NCBI GenBank assembly: GCA_963799805.1
Contig: CAWCYF010000001.1
Coordinates: forward strand, 835,179 to 899,178
Direction of reading: 5' to 3'
DNA from: an uncultured Acidobacteriota bacterium
GTDB taxonomy: Bacteria; Acidobacteriota; Terriglobia; Bryobacterales; Bryobacteraceae
DNA: 64,000 bases
Shown here: positions 29,368 to 39,675 of the stretch, piece after piece
How positions within the stretch are numbered: the stretch's first letter is position 1
Layout: the number at the start of each line of letters is the position of its first letter
Position numbers and translations under genes: made by a program
Notes under the pieces: model-generated
Told to the model about the DNA's origin: nothing
Databases searched by the model: none
What the model saw: the letters and a program-made list of their open reading frames with translations, nothing else

Positions 29368-30553
29368 GTGGCACTCAGTTTCCAGCAGGCCCGCGAATGC
29401 GTGTTGCGTGAGGTGCGCCCTTGCGTAACGGTCGAGCAGGTTCCGGTGCTCGATTCTTCGGCGCGCATTCTGGCAGAAGAAATCGCCGCCGACCGGGATT
29501 ATCCCCCCTTTCATCGCTCTGCCCGGGATGGATTCGCTGTGCGCGCGTCGGATCTGCCCGGCGATCTGCGCGTCATCGGGGAAGTGCGTGCGGGCGAGGT
29601 TTTCGCCGCCGCAGTCGGACCAGGCGAGGCGGTCGAGATTATGACGGGCGCGCCGGTGCCCAGAGGGCGCCGACGCGGTGATCATGATCGAGCATGTCGT
29701 GCGCGAAGGCAGATCGCATACGTGCGGATCGGGTGCTCAAACCCGGTGAGAATTTTAATTCGCGGGGCTCCGAGGCGCGCTTTGGCAACGTGTTGCTCGC
29801 GCCCGGCAACCGCCTTGGATTCGCGGAAGTGGCGCTGCTGGCCATGGTGGGCCGCCAATGTGTCTCGGTATATCGCCGGCCGCGGGTAGCAATTTTGCCG
29901 ACGGGCGATGAAATCGTCGAGGCGGGCGAGGAGCCTCGCGAATTCCAGATCCGCAACTCGAATGCCTGGTCGCTGTCCACCCAGGTGCGCCGCGCCGGCG
30001 GCATCCCGGAGCTGCTTCCGATCGCGCGCGATAACTATCAATCGACTCGCGGCCTGATCGAACGCGGGCTCGACGCGGATTTATTGGTGCTGTCGGGCGG
30101 CGTTTCCGCCGGTAAATACGATATCGTCGAGCGAGTACTCGCCGGACTCGGGGCGCGGTTCTTTTTCGATCGTGTGTTGATCCAGCCGGGTCAGCCCCTG
30201 GTGTTTGGCGAAGTTCGCGGGAAATTTTTCTTCGGTTTGCCGGGGAATCCCGCTTCCACCATGGTCACTTTCGAGCTGTTTGCGCGCGCGGCGATCGAGC
30301 GGTTGGGCGGATCGGTCGAGACCCCTTTGCCGTTACTTCGCGCGACCGTGACACGGGACTTCCGGCATCATCCCGGATTAACGCGATTCCTGCCAGCGCG
30401 GCTCAGCCAGGACGGCGCGACCGTAACTCCCGAGGCGATGGCATGGCTCCGGCGATATTCCCGGCCCTGACGCGCGCCAATGCGTTTCTGGTCGCCGAGG
30501 CTGAGCGCGAATCCTGGAGCTCCGGCGACGATATTCGGGTACTGCTCAAATGA
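29368..30553 (+). pseudogene. moeA: molybdopterin molybdotransferase MoeA, about four frame switches
   Basis: RDGFAVRASD, IMTGAPVP / EGADAVIMIEHV / RIRADRVLKPGENFNSRGSEA..., LSGGVSAGKYD, GLPGNPAS and the C-terminal tail GSGDIP / ALTRANAFLVAEAERESWSSGDDIRVLLK are recovered only by switching frames. The stop overlaps the moaC ATG. Confidence 0.8.
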
Positions 30554-31027
30554 AAACGAAAGTATCAGGCCGCCTGTCCCATTACGACGACGCCGGCCGC
30601 GCGCGGATGGTGGATATATCGGCCAAGGCCGAGACGCGCCGCACCGCGACGGCGCATGCATTCGTTCGCATACTTCCTTCCGTGCTGAGAAAAGCTTCCG
30701 GAGAACCCCAAGGGCAATCCTCTGGAGGTCGCGCGAATCGCCGGGATCGCCGCGGCCAAGCGAACGCCGGATCTGATCCCGATGTGCCATCCGCTGCTGC
30801 TTTCTCATATCGATGTGGCTGCGGCGGTCGAACCGAAGGGGGTCCGGATCACGGCGACGGTGATCACGACCGGTCCCACCGGCGTAGAAATGGAGGCGCT
30901 GACGGCCGCCGCAGTGGCCGCGCTCACGGTCTACGATATGACTAAAGCCCTCGATAAAGGAATTGAGATTCAAGATCTGTATCTGGTCGAAAAGACGGGA
31001 GGCAAAAGTGGAGATTTTAAAAGATGA
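30550..31027 (+). pseudogene. moaC: cyclic pyranopterin monophosphate synthase MoaC, one frame switch near 30700
   Basis: LSHYDDAGRARMVDISAKAETRRTATA is followed, after the switch, by [36 protein letters not shown]...[21 protein letters not shown]. Confidence 0.85.
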
Positions 31028-31530
31028 TCAGTGTCGCGGTGATCACCATTAGCGACTCTGTAGCTGCCAACGCGCGGGAAGATCTTTCCGGCCCAGCGCT
31101 TCAGGCGCGCGTGGCGGAGCTGGGTTGGACCGTTGCGGAAGCGCGCGTGGTTCGCGATGAAGTCGGAATGATTTCGATAGCGTTGCGAAGGCTCGCCGAT
31201 GCCAAGTCCGTGGATGTCATCCTGACAACGGGCGGCACCGGGGTCGCGCGGCGGGACGTGACACCGGACGCAGTGCGCAGAGTCGCGGATCGGGAGATTC
31301 CCGGGTTCGGAGAACTGATGCGCAGCGAGGGTCGAAAATCCACGAAATTCGCTCCGCTTTCGCGCGGCGGGGCGGTCACGCGAGGCGCTGCCTTGATCGT
31401 CAGTTTACCCGGATCGCCTCGCGGTGCGGTAGATTCATTGAATGCCGTTGCGGATTTGATTCCGCATGTCGTTGATTTACTACACGGGCGAACCGAGCAT
31501 CGAAACTCGCCCTCTGACCAAAGCATCTAA
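31024..31530 (+). CDS. moaB: MogA/MoaB-family molybdenum cofactor biosynthesis protein
   Basis: Intact 168-aa ORF with [29 protein letters not shown] and SLPGSP. Its start overlaps the moaC stop. Confidence 0.85.
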   Translation: MISVAVITISDSVAANAREDLSGPALQARVAELGWTVAEARVVRDEVGMISIALRRLADAKSVDVILTTGGTGVARRDVTPDAVRRVADREIPGFGELMRSEGRKSTKFAPLSRGGAVTRGAALIVSLPGSPRGAVDSLNAVADLIPHVVDLLHGRTEHRNSPSDQSI

Positions 31531-31569
31531 CGTACGGGGAAGAATGCGAAGAATCTTACTTGTTCTTGT

Positions 31570-32652
31570 GTGTTGCGAGTCTTCCTCGCAGCTCAAACCA
31601 CGCCCAACGCAGGACGCACCCAGACTGGCCGCACCGGAAACGCCAGCGCGCCGAAATCGGACACTACCCGCCCCGATGTAACTTTTCGCGAGTCCTTCAA
31701 GTTCGTGCTTGTGCCCGTGACGGTCACAGATCGAAGCGGAAATTTCGTAAATGGGCTGACGCCCTTCGATTTTCGCCTGACCGATAACGGCAAGCTTCAG
31801 AAGATCACGGAGGATATTGCATCGCACCCCCTTTCCATGGTGGTTGCGATTCAATCCAATGCGGACGTGGAGAAAATCATTCCGAAAATCCAGAAGCTCA
31901 GCAGCGTTTTTGAATCGCTGGTGCTGGGGGATACCGGGAGAATCGCAGTATTGGCATTTGACCATAGGGTTACAACGCTCACCGATTTTACGGCAGATCC
32001 GGCTAAGATCGATGCGGCATTCAAGAAGCTTCAACCAGGCAGTTATTCGAGCAACTTGAATGACGCGACGATGAAGGCGATCAACATGCTTCGCGATCAG
32101 CCATCCACCCGCCGCCGCATACTGGTCCTGATGAGCGAGAACCGCGATAAAGGAAGCGAGATCAAAACGCGCGAGGTTTTGACGGAGGCGGACTTCGCCA
32201 ATGTCGCGATCTATTCCATCAACATGTCGCAGTTGATCGCGGCTCTCACGTCGAAGCCGCTGCCTCCGCGTCCCAATCCGATCCCACCCGAGGCGCGCCA
32301 GTTGCCAGGCGGTACGATCGGCACTCCGACGACGGATTCGCAGATGGAGATGGGCAACTGGGTTCCGGCCCTTAAGGATATTTTTCTGGCTGTCAAGGGC
32401 GTTTTTATTCCCGATCCGCTGGATGTCTATACCAAATACACCGGCGGCCGCGAATTCTCGTTTAAAACCCAGAACACGCTGGAGCGGGATATTTCCGGCT
32501 TGGGCGAGGAGCTGCATAGCCAGTACATGCTCACTTATAGCCCCAACAATCAGGACGAAGCGGGTTATCACCAGATCGTCGTCACCGTCGATAAACCCGA
32601 TCTCAAGGTGCGCACGCGCGACGGTTATTGGCTGGCCGGCAAGCCTGAATAA
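31570..32652 (+). CDS. VWA (von Willebrand factor A) domain protein, secreted
   Basis: 360-aa ORF with VPVTVTDRSGNFV, a MIDAS-like region and the RILVLMSENRDKGSE block. A signal-peptide-like ATG at 31544 (MRRILLVLV) is one base out of frame, so the 5' end may carry an indel. Confidence 0.8.
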   Translation: MLRVFLAAQTTPNAGRTQTGRTGNASAPKSDTTRPDVTFRESFKFVLVPVTVTDRSGNFVNGLTPFDFRLTDNGKLQKITEDIASHPLSMVVAIQSNADVEKIIPKIQKLSSVFESLVLGDTGRIAVLAFDHRVTTLTDFTADPAKIDAAFKKLQPGSYSSNLNDATMKAINMLRDQPSTRRRILVLMSENRDKGSEIKTREVLTEADFANVAIYSINMSQLIAALTSKPLPPRPNPIPPEARQLPGGTIGTPTTDSQMEMGNWVPALKDIFLAVKGVFIPDPLDVYTKYTGGREFSFKTQNTLERDISGLGEELHSQYMLTYSPNNQDEAGYHQIVVTVDKPDLKVRTRDGYWLAGKPE

Positions 32653-32665
32653 TCAGCCGAAATTC

Positions 32666-32993
32666 CTACGCGCGGCCGGCAGGTTCGACGATGGCGGTCA
32701 TCGGGCCTTTGGATTTGGCCATCCGCGGATCGGCGCCATAGGAATGGATCTGGTCGCGGCCGAACTCGGCCTGCTCCCGCTCGCATGTCATCACGATCGT
32801 CCGGCCGGTAGTATCGACCTCCACCGCGTGGTGGAACGCTACCTCGGCCGGAGAGAAGAAAAATTTTGCAGAGCATCTCGATCACATAGTCGTAAGTGTG
32901 ATCGTCGTCATCAAGCAGTACCACGTGAAACAGGGGCGTGAGCTGATCGCGTTGTGCGCTCTCGATCTCGGGCGTAGCGGTCGTCCGCGGCAT
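32666..32993 (-). pseudogene. clpS: ATP-dependent Clp protease adaptor ClpS, one frame switch near 32865
   Basis: LFHVVLLDDDDHTYDYVIEMLCKIF is followed, after a switch inside CAAAATTTTTC, by FSPAEVAFHHAVEVDTTGRTIVMTCEREQAEFGRDQIHSYGADPRM... Confidence 0.85.
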
Positions 32994-33093
32994 GCCTGCT
33001 ACTATTTTTCCAGGGTGATGGGTATTCGATCAACCGGCCGCGCAATTATCCCTGAGAGCCCGCGCATGGCTAAATGGTAAAATGAAATAGAAA

Positions 33094-33449
33094 GGGGGCG
33101 CAACGGATTCGACGGGATTGCATCTGTCGTGGGAAGTCGTGCCGGGTTCCGAGCTCCCGTAAAACGATCGGAAAACTAAAACTGCCAACAATCAGCAGTT
33201 TGCTTACGCTGCTTAATTAATTAAGTAGCCGCCCTGAGCCGCCGGGCCTGCACGCGGTTTAAGGACGTCATTTTGCAGGATAGGTCCAAGGCTTCTGTCC
33301 GGAGCCGAAAGCCGAGATCAATCGGGCTAAGCCGCCTCTCTCTTGCCGGCTCCGCATGAGGCGGACGAAAACCAAAGAACCGGAAACGCACGTAGTCTTT
33401 TCGCGGTAGACTTTCTCGGACGCGGGTTCAACTCCCGCCGCCTCCACCA
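33094..33449 (+). ncRNA. ssrA: tmRNA (SsrA)
   Basis: 5' GGGGGCGCAACGGATTCGACGGGA pairs with 3' ...CGCCTCC-A-CCA, including a G3:U pair. The tag ORF GCC AAC AAT CAG CAG TTT GCT TAC GCT GCT TAA (ANNQQFAYAA) starts at 33184. The T-arm GGGTTCAACTCCC is present. Confidence 0.95.
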
Positions 33450-33558
33450 CACAACTTTGTTGATTTCCTTTGGTCGTCTCCACATGAACGTATATTGGAT
33501 TTCACCAAACTCCGGCGGCAACTCGAACTAGGAGCTTTGACGTTCGAGCCAACTTCAG

Positions 33559-34560
33559 ATGCTAGATAACACTCTAAGAAAGCTTTCCCGCCGCCAGCAC
33601 TACCTTCCGCAGATGTATCTCCGAGGCTTTGCTGACGAGTCCGATCTCGTGTGGGTCTTTGATCGGCAAAAGAATTCATATATTCACCAACACGTCAAAA
33701 TTACCGCAGTGAAAAAGGACTTTTACACCATCGTAGGTCCCGACGGACAGAAGACGGATGCAATTGAGACGTTGATGGCGAATATCGTGGAAGGACCCAT
33801 GAAGCACATCATCGAGAGGCTTGATAAAAGGAACCTCACATGGGAAGGTGAAGACCGGGCGATCCTGGCTCTTTTCGTGGCCCTACTCAAGACACGCAAC
33901 TTGGCGTTCGATAGAGACCTAAACGAGATTACTGAGCAATTCCAGCGCTGGTGGGCAAAGGCAAGGCACTCCTCGCTGGAGGCAGTCGAGGAATCGTTCC
34001 GGGAGTACCAAGAAAAGACCGGAGAAGATATGGCGGACGTTTCGGCTCAAGAGCTTTTCGAGATGATCCGTGACGATCAGTATGAATTGCATAATCCTCG
34101 CCAAAATAACATCAAGATGATGATGTCATTATCGCTGGAGGTGGCGAAAACCCTTCTTCGTCTGAATTGGGAAATTCTCGCTGCCCCAAAGGGAACGTCC
34201 TTCGTTACCTGCGACCACCCGTTCACGGTCGTGCCACCTCCGTTCTTCGATAACACGCTCGAAGGCTACGGGATTCTGACGCCGGGAGCCTCAACTGTCG
34301 TTCCTTTGAGCCGCAAAACGGCAATCTGTTTTTATGGTGAAGGTGAGCGAACTCGGGGCGCGGTGGTTTACAAAGATTTCTTACGGTACATAAATCTTGT
34401 AATGGCGGCGAACAGCGAACGATTTGTGAGTGCCAGAGAGGAACCGTTGCTTCGGAGCCTCGTGCGAAAAGGGAAACTGGAGCAATGGCAAGCGGGGCCA
34501 CAACTCAAAATGAATGCGCCCGACCCGTATGGGTGTAAGCCGAGGGAATCTGAACCGTAG
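33559..34560 (+). CDS. DUF4238 domain-containing protein
   Basis: Intact 333-aa ORF. The N-terminal RQHYLPQMYLRGF motif and overall layout match my memory of DUF4238. It is the first gene after the tmRNA. Confidence 0.75.
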   Translation: MLDNTLRKLSRRQHYLPQMYLRGFADESDLVWVFDRQKNSYIHQHVKITAVKKDFYTIVGPDGQKTDAIETLMANIVEGPMKHIIERLDKRNLTWEGEDRAILALFVALLKTRNLAFDRDLNEITEQFQRWWAKARHSSLEAVEESFREYQEKTGEDMADVSAQELFEMIRDDQYELHNPRQNNIKMMMSLSLEVAKTLLRLNWEILAAPKGTSFVTCDHPFTVVPPPFFDNTLEGYGILTPGASTVVPLSRKTAICFYGEGERTRGAVVYKDFLRYINLVMAANSERFVSAREEPLLRSLVRKGKLEQWQAGPQLKMNAPDPYGCKPRESEP

Positions 34561-34596
34561 CAATGTGGACTACTTACAACGAAGCGAGGGAAATTC

Positions 34597-34830
34597 TTGG
34601 GAACTGAAATGGGCAGACAGGTAGCTGGCGTGCTTTACGTGGTGGCGATGGCAGCCGTCATAGTCGTTGTAGATTTCGTGTTCTTCAGAAACCGATTCTG
34701 GGAACGGTTGACAGTGAACATTGGCATTGTCTTGGTGTTCGCTAGCTTTCTACTCCAGATTCCTCAGGCGTCCATGAACAAGGCGCGATCGTGTTTAACG
34801 GAAACCGCCCATTCAAATTTGGATGGCTGA
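34597..34830 (+). CDS. small two-helix membrane protein
   Basis: 77-aa ORF (TTG start, or ATG at 34609) with two hydrophobic helices (VAGVLYVVAMAAVIVVVDFVFF, VNIGIVLVFASFLL). Confidence 0.5.
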   Translation: MGTEMGRQVAGVLYVVAMAAVIVVVDFVFFRNRFWERLTVNIGIVLVFASFLLQIPQASMNKARSCLTETAHSNLDG

Positions 34831-35345
34831 GAAGCTCTGGACCGGGGTTCCAATCACACGCGAAATTCAAAGCCGAATCAGCAGCTTACCGCAGATTCAC
34901 TAGGAATCGCCTGCTACCCTGAAATCGGGGAATGCTTCTCGGCCGAGAAGTCCGTTGCATTAAGAGTGGTGCTGAACTCCCGGAGGCCGTTAACGCTCTA
35001 CGGCGTCAGCCAGTGGCATGGCGTCGACGGGAAATTGTTTCGAATCGATTCGATAATCTTCGACCCGGAGTTGTAAAACAGCCGGTCGGAAATCAGAGAG
35101 GATGCATTGAAAGCCGAGAAATAAAGGGCCGCCAGCCAGCGGATTCCGAGACCCTCGCGCTAAATAGCTCTTCAAATCACAGGCGGCCGAAAACGCACGG
35201 CGATAAGTCCGAAAGCCCCGGCCGCCCGCAACGTTCACAGCTGTAGTGCCTTTCTCCTAGAATTGGCCGAAGTCCCTTTTCACCGGACGCTCCGATATGC
35301 TAAACTCCCGATGACTAACTGCCTGCGCTGGCAAGGAGGCATTCG

Positions 35346-36621
35346 ATGAACCGGAGAAATGTAATTCAATTGGCCGCGGGAGCCGCCGTAGCCGCTTTCC
35401 AAAATAATTTCATCGAGCGGGCCAAGGCCGCACGATCCGTAAACGACCGGACGCCGGAAGATGTCGCGGCCGACGAGGATTTCTGGACAGCGGTCCGCGA
35501 CGCATTCACCGTGGATCGCAATGTCATCAATTTGAATAACGGATATTGCAGCCCCGCGCCTCGAGTGGTTCAGGAATCCATGAAGCGGTTCTTGGACAAC
35601 GCGAATATGGGGCCGTTCCACACTATGGTCCAGGTGCAGTATCGGGAGATAGAGGCGGCGCGCCGGAGAATCGCGGAAGTCGCCGGCTGCGATCCTGAAG
35701 AGATCGCGATTACCCGAAATTCGAGCGAGTCGAACGAGATCGCCCAGCTCGGGATCGATTTAAAGCGCGGCGACGAGGTCCTGACGACCAATCAGGATTA
35801 TCCTCGCATGCTCACCACCTTCCGTCAGCGCGAGCTCCGCGAGGGCATCGTCCTGAAGACTATTTCTTTCCCCGTGCCCGCGATCAGCATGGACGATCTT
35901 TACAACCGGTATGAACAAGCCGTGACGCCGAATACCAAGTTGATTCTGGTCTGCCACATTACCAATCGCACCGGACAAATTTTCCCGATCAAGAGAATTT
36001 GCGATATGGCCCATGCGCGGAATATTCCCGTGATTGTCGATGGGGCGCACGCCTTCAATCATTTTCCGTTCAAGCTTTCCGATCTCAATTGCGATTACTA
36101 CGGCGTAAGCTTGCACAAGTGGACCTTTGCGCCGGTCGGGACCGGGTTCCTTTACGTGCGTAAATCCCGAATCAAGGACACCTGGGCGATGATGGCATCC
36201 GGGACAGCGGCAAGCGGATAATATCCGGAAATTCGAGGAGATTGGGACTTATCCGGCCGCCAATCGCCTGGCGATCTGCGATGCCTTGAATTTCAATGAA
36301 GACATCGGGATTGAGCGCAAAGCGGCGCGTCTGCGATATCTTCGGGATCGCTGGGCCAATCGCCTCGCACAAAATCCAAAGGTCAAAATTCTGCACAACC
36401 CCGATCCGTCCATGTCCTGCGGCATCGGCATGCTGACCTTCACGAGTGGGATTGAATGCGCCAAGATGACGCAAGTCTTGCAGTCCAAGTACGGTATTCT
36501 TACCGCCACCATGCCCCACGAAGAATACACCGGAATTCGAATCACTCCGAGTGTGTACAGCACCGTGAAGGACGTCGATTTCTTTGCTTCCGCGGTAGAG
36601 AAAGAACTGGCGAACGGGTAA
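35346..36621 (+). pseudogene. class-V aminotransferase / isopenicillin-N-epimerase-like PLP enzyme with Tat-like signal, one frame switch near 36200
   Basis: INLNNGYCSP, ITRNSSESN, VDGAHAF and SLHKW (PLP Lys) lie in ORF 35346... NIRKFEEIGTYPAANRLAICDALNF... continues in ORF ..36621. Confidence 0.75.
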
Positions 36622-36623
36622 GC

Positions 36624-37305
36624 AAGACGAGATTCGCATCGAGCTGTGTCGCGGCGGTCGCAGGGCTGGCAGCCGTGTGGTGCGCGGGAGCGCTTCCCGC
36701 TTTCGCCGCCGATAATCTTGCCGAGGGCCAAACTGCTGGTCGCCGATCGGGATCTGGACGACCCGGCCCTGCGTCAGACTGCGATCCTGCTGATCAGTTA
36801 CAAAGAAGACGGGCGCGGTCGGGCTTGGTTCTGAATCGCCGGACGGATATTCCCATTTCGCAGGCGCTCTCGCTAAAGGAGGCGGAAGGCCGGAACGATC
36901 CGGTATTTCTCGGAGGGCCTGTCGAGCAAACCAGCATTCTGGCCTTGCTTCGATCGAAGATCCAGCCGGAAGGCGCGAAGGGAATTGTCAACGATGTGTA
37001 TCTCCTCGCCGGCAAGGAGGTGCTCCAGAAAGCGCTGGCTTCGAAGGCGGAAGCGAGCGGGCTTCACGTTTATGTCGGCTACGCGGGCTGGGGACCCGGG
37101 CCAATTAGATGCGGAAGTGGACGCCGGAGCCTGGCACGTCCTCACCGGAAACGCAAACACAATCTTCGATCAGGACCCGGATTCGCTATGGCCGCGGCTG
37201 ATTCGCAGGACCGAGGAGCACATCGTGAAACTGCAACAGAGCGGATTCAGCCCCGATCTCGCGAGTCGTCGGATAGTCCGAGCGGACGGCGTGGCACGGC
37301 CTTAA
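36624..37305 (+). pseudogene. YqgE/AlgH-family (UPF0301) protein, about three frame switches, start unresolved
   Basis: LLVADRDLDDPALRQTAILLISY / GLVLNRRTDIPISQAL...VFLGGPVEQ...VYVGYAGWGPG / QLDAEVDAGAWHVL are spread over three frames. Confidence 0.7.
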
Positions 37306-37481
37306 GGATCTCCTCGCGCTTCCGTTTCTCCTGACGCACGGCATGGCGCAGCCGCCAGCAGCAAAGCGAGAATCACCAGCAATCCCGGGCTGATTCGTAA
37401 TATGCGCGGACCAAACGGATGAATAAACTCGGCCAGCGCCAAGCCCAACACTAATACCGCGAATGCCAGGGTCCGGCTCAT
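37302..37481 (-). CDS. possible small hydrophobic protein (59 aa)
   Basis: Hand translation gives MSRTLAFAVLVLGLALAEFIHPFGPRILRISPGLLVILALLLAAAPCRASGETEARGDP. It is below the ORF-track size cut-off and has no homology support. Confidence 0.25.
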   Translation of the reverse strand: MSRTLAFAVLVLGLALAEFIHPFGPRILRISPGLLVILALLLAAAPCRASGETEARGDP

Positions 37482-37499
37482 GAGAGTCTCTCTATCAGC

Positions 37500-37995
37500 C
37501 TACTTCTTCTTCTCTACTACGTCCACCGCGGTGCCGTCCAGGTCCTCAATATGCAAGCGAATATCCTTGCGCACGTCGATCGCGGACTCGGGCAGCTCGA
37601 AACGCGCGCCGATCATGCGATCCATGGTCTGATGCGGGGGAATCTTGTCCTTGATGCCTAACACGTCGTTGTATTTTGGGCCGAGCAATTTCTCGTATTT
37701 GAAAACGTTTTCGGTATCCGGCTTGGAGATGGTCCTGCCGTCGACCGGCGCGCCCGAGTAATGATCGAGCTGCAGCTCCGCCGTCCTCACCACGAAGGGC
37801 ACATCGGTTGGATTCGCGATCCGAAAATCGACCACCACCAGCGAGGCGTCCGGACTGAGCGCGAGCACGCGCACTTTGAGGATTTCGCCCTTCAAATCGA
37901 GGTGCGCGCCTTTCGTGGAGAGAAAAAGCAAGCCGATGCCGATCGCGACGATCGACTAGCCCGATGCCCAGGAAAGTCCAGAATTGTTTGCTCAC
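37500..37995 (-). pseudogene. membrane-anchored hypothetical protein, one frame switch near 37953
   Basis: MSKQFWTFLGIGL is followed, after the switch, by IVAIGIGLLFLSTKGAHLDLKGEILKVRVL... (ORF 37500..37931). Confidence 0.55.
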
Positions 37996-38011
37996 AGTAA
38001 TGTTGATAGCG

Positions 38012-39166
38012 TCAATCGCCCAGCAGCCGGCCGTAAGGCTGCAAGCTGCTTACGTTATCACAAACGGCCTTGATCGCGGCGGTCAGAGGAATGGCGAGCA
38101 CCAGGCCGATCCCTCCCCACAAAATGCCCCAGAACATCAGTGCAATGGTGACGACCAGCGGATTCAGATGCACGCGCGCTCCCACTAATTTCGGATATAG
38201 CAGATTCAGCGCGAGCAGGTGAAGCAGGGCGACGCTGGCCGCGAGAAACAGATACAAAGTCGGCTCCCGCGAGGCCGGCAGCGCCGCGATCATCGGAGGC
38301 GCCATGGCCATGGGCAGACCGATATACGGAATCAGGCTCAAAAATCCGCTGAGCGGCGCGACCACTATCCAGTAGGGCAGCTTCACCGAAGCAAACAGCA
38401 GCCCGCTCGCCACGCTGAGCAGCAGCCCCAGCAGAAAATTACCGATGACATACGCGCGCACCATTTCGCCGACTCCGGCCCAGGCATGGGCCGCGGCAAA
38501 GCGGTGGTCGTCCTCGAACAGATAAAGATAGCGGGAGCGCAGATGGTCGCGCCAGCTCAGCAGAAAATAAACCAGGAACGGCACGAAGGACGCCATCAGG
38601 AGCGCGTTATAAAACGAATTCAGATACATGCCGATATAGTCGATCAGCGAAGTTGGCTCGGGGTGTATGCGTACTTCCTGAATCGCGGGCGCCGGAACCG
38701 GCGGGGGCGGGGCTGGCCGCCGTTTTCCGCGCGCGGGCGGCGGGAGTTGGCGATCTGTCGGGAGAGGCTGATTCTGCTCCTGAAAACGCTTCGGCATGAA
38801 GGTCCGGTAGATGCGCTGCTCGAATCCTTCGATCCGGGTGGACACGTTATCTACCAGCTCGTTGATGCGCTCGCCATAAGCCGGCAGGTCGTCAAGCATG
38901 GAGACGGATTCGGTATAGAGGCCCAGACCCGCCAAATAGAGGAACGCCAGGCCGATGCCGCAGACGACAAAGCTGGCGACGCCGCGCGGCAGGCGCAGCC
39001 TCATGAAGAATTCGACGATCGGATCGAGAAGAAACGTAATTATGGAGGCAATGATGACGGTTATGAAAAATACACGTCCGTAATAAAGCAGAATAATGGC
39101 CGCGCCCAGCGCAATAATCCCGATACCCGCCTGGGTGGATTTCGACGTCGAGGAAGAAACGACCAC
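38012..39166 (-). CDS. AI-2E family transporter (PerM/UPF0118)
   Basis: Intact 384-aa polytopic ORF. The C-terminal LNPLVVTIALMFWGILWGGIGLVLAIPLTA block is typical of the family. Confidence 0.85.
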   Translation of the reverse strand: MVVSSSTSKSTQAGIGIIALGAAIILLYYGRVFFITVIIASIITFLLDPIVEFFMRLRLPRGVASFVVCGIGLAFLYLAGLGLYTESVSMLDDLPAYGERINELVDNVSTRIEGFEQRIYRTFMPKRFQEQNQPLPTDRQLPPPARGKRRPAPPPPVPAPAIQEVRIHPEPTSLIDYIGMYLNSFYNALLMASFVPFLVYFLLSWRDHLRSRYLYLFEDDHRFAAAHAWAGVGEMVRAYVIGNFLLGLLLSVASGLLFASVKLPYWIVVAPLSGFLSLIPYIGLPMAMAPPMIAALPASREPTLYLFLAASVALLHLLALNLLYPKLVGARVHLNPLVVTIALMFWGILWGGIGLVLAIPLTAAIKAVCDNVSSLQPYGRLLGD

Positions 39167-39230
39167 TGTGCCTCTAACCGCGCATTACGCCCCGAATCGC
39201 GCTCTGTCTACCACTATAATTGGACAGGGC

Positions 39231-39675
39231 GTGGATTACCACTCCAAACCAGCGAAAGGCCGAATACTTGCGCTGGATCTGGGGAAAAGGCGCATCGGAC
39301 TGGCGGTGAGCGATTCGCTCTGGATCACGGCGCAAGGCCTTCCCACGCTCGAGCGCACGAACATTCGCGCAGACCTCGACGCGCTCCAGCTCTTAATTTC
39401 CGAGTATGATATTCGGCTCATTCTGATGGGAAATCCTCTCCATATGAGCGGGCATGAGGGGCGGCAAGCAGTCTACACGCGCGAGTTCGCCGAGCGTCTT
39501 GGCGGAGCGGACCGGCCTCGAAATCAAGTTCTGGGATGAGCGGCTGACCACGGTCGAAGCCCAGCGCGTGCTGCGGGAAAGCGGCATCAGCATCGCCAAG
39601 CGGGCTCGCGCAGTGGACCGGCTGGCAGCCGTGATTTTGCTTGAAAGTTATCTGGATTCGGAGGCTGGAGCTTGA
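39231..39675 (+). pseudogene. ruvX: Holliday junction resolvase-like RuvX/YqgF, one frame switch near 39500
   Basis: RILALDLGKRRIGLAVSD...LILMGNPLHMSGHEG is followed, after the switch, by TGLEIKFWDERLTTVEAQRVL...AAVILLESYL. A GTG start at 39231 is proposed. Confidence 0.8.

Noticed and set aside
29300-29368. Molybdenum-cofactor riboswitch upstream of moeA/moaC
   Set aside because: Only ~5 nt separate the ymdB-like stop from the moeA start, and no Moco-motif-like conserved stems were seen. There is no room for a riboswitch.
34960-35320. Candidate attR: matches to the tmRNA 3' end (ttcaactcccgcc) at ~34972 (tgaactcccgga) and ~35303 (taaactcccgat)
   Set aside because: Only about 8-9 nt (aactcccg) match, which is within chance expectation. 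No integrase is present, so no island boundary can be claimed from this.
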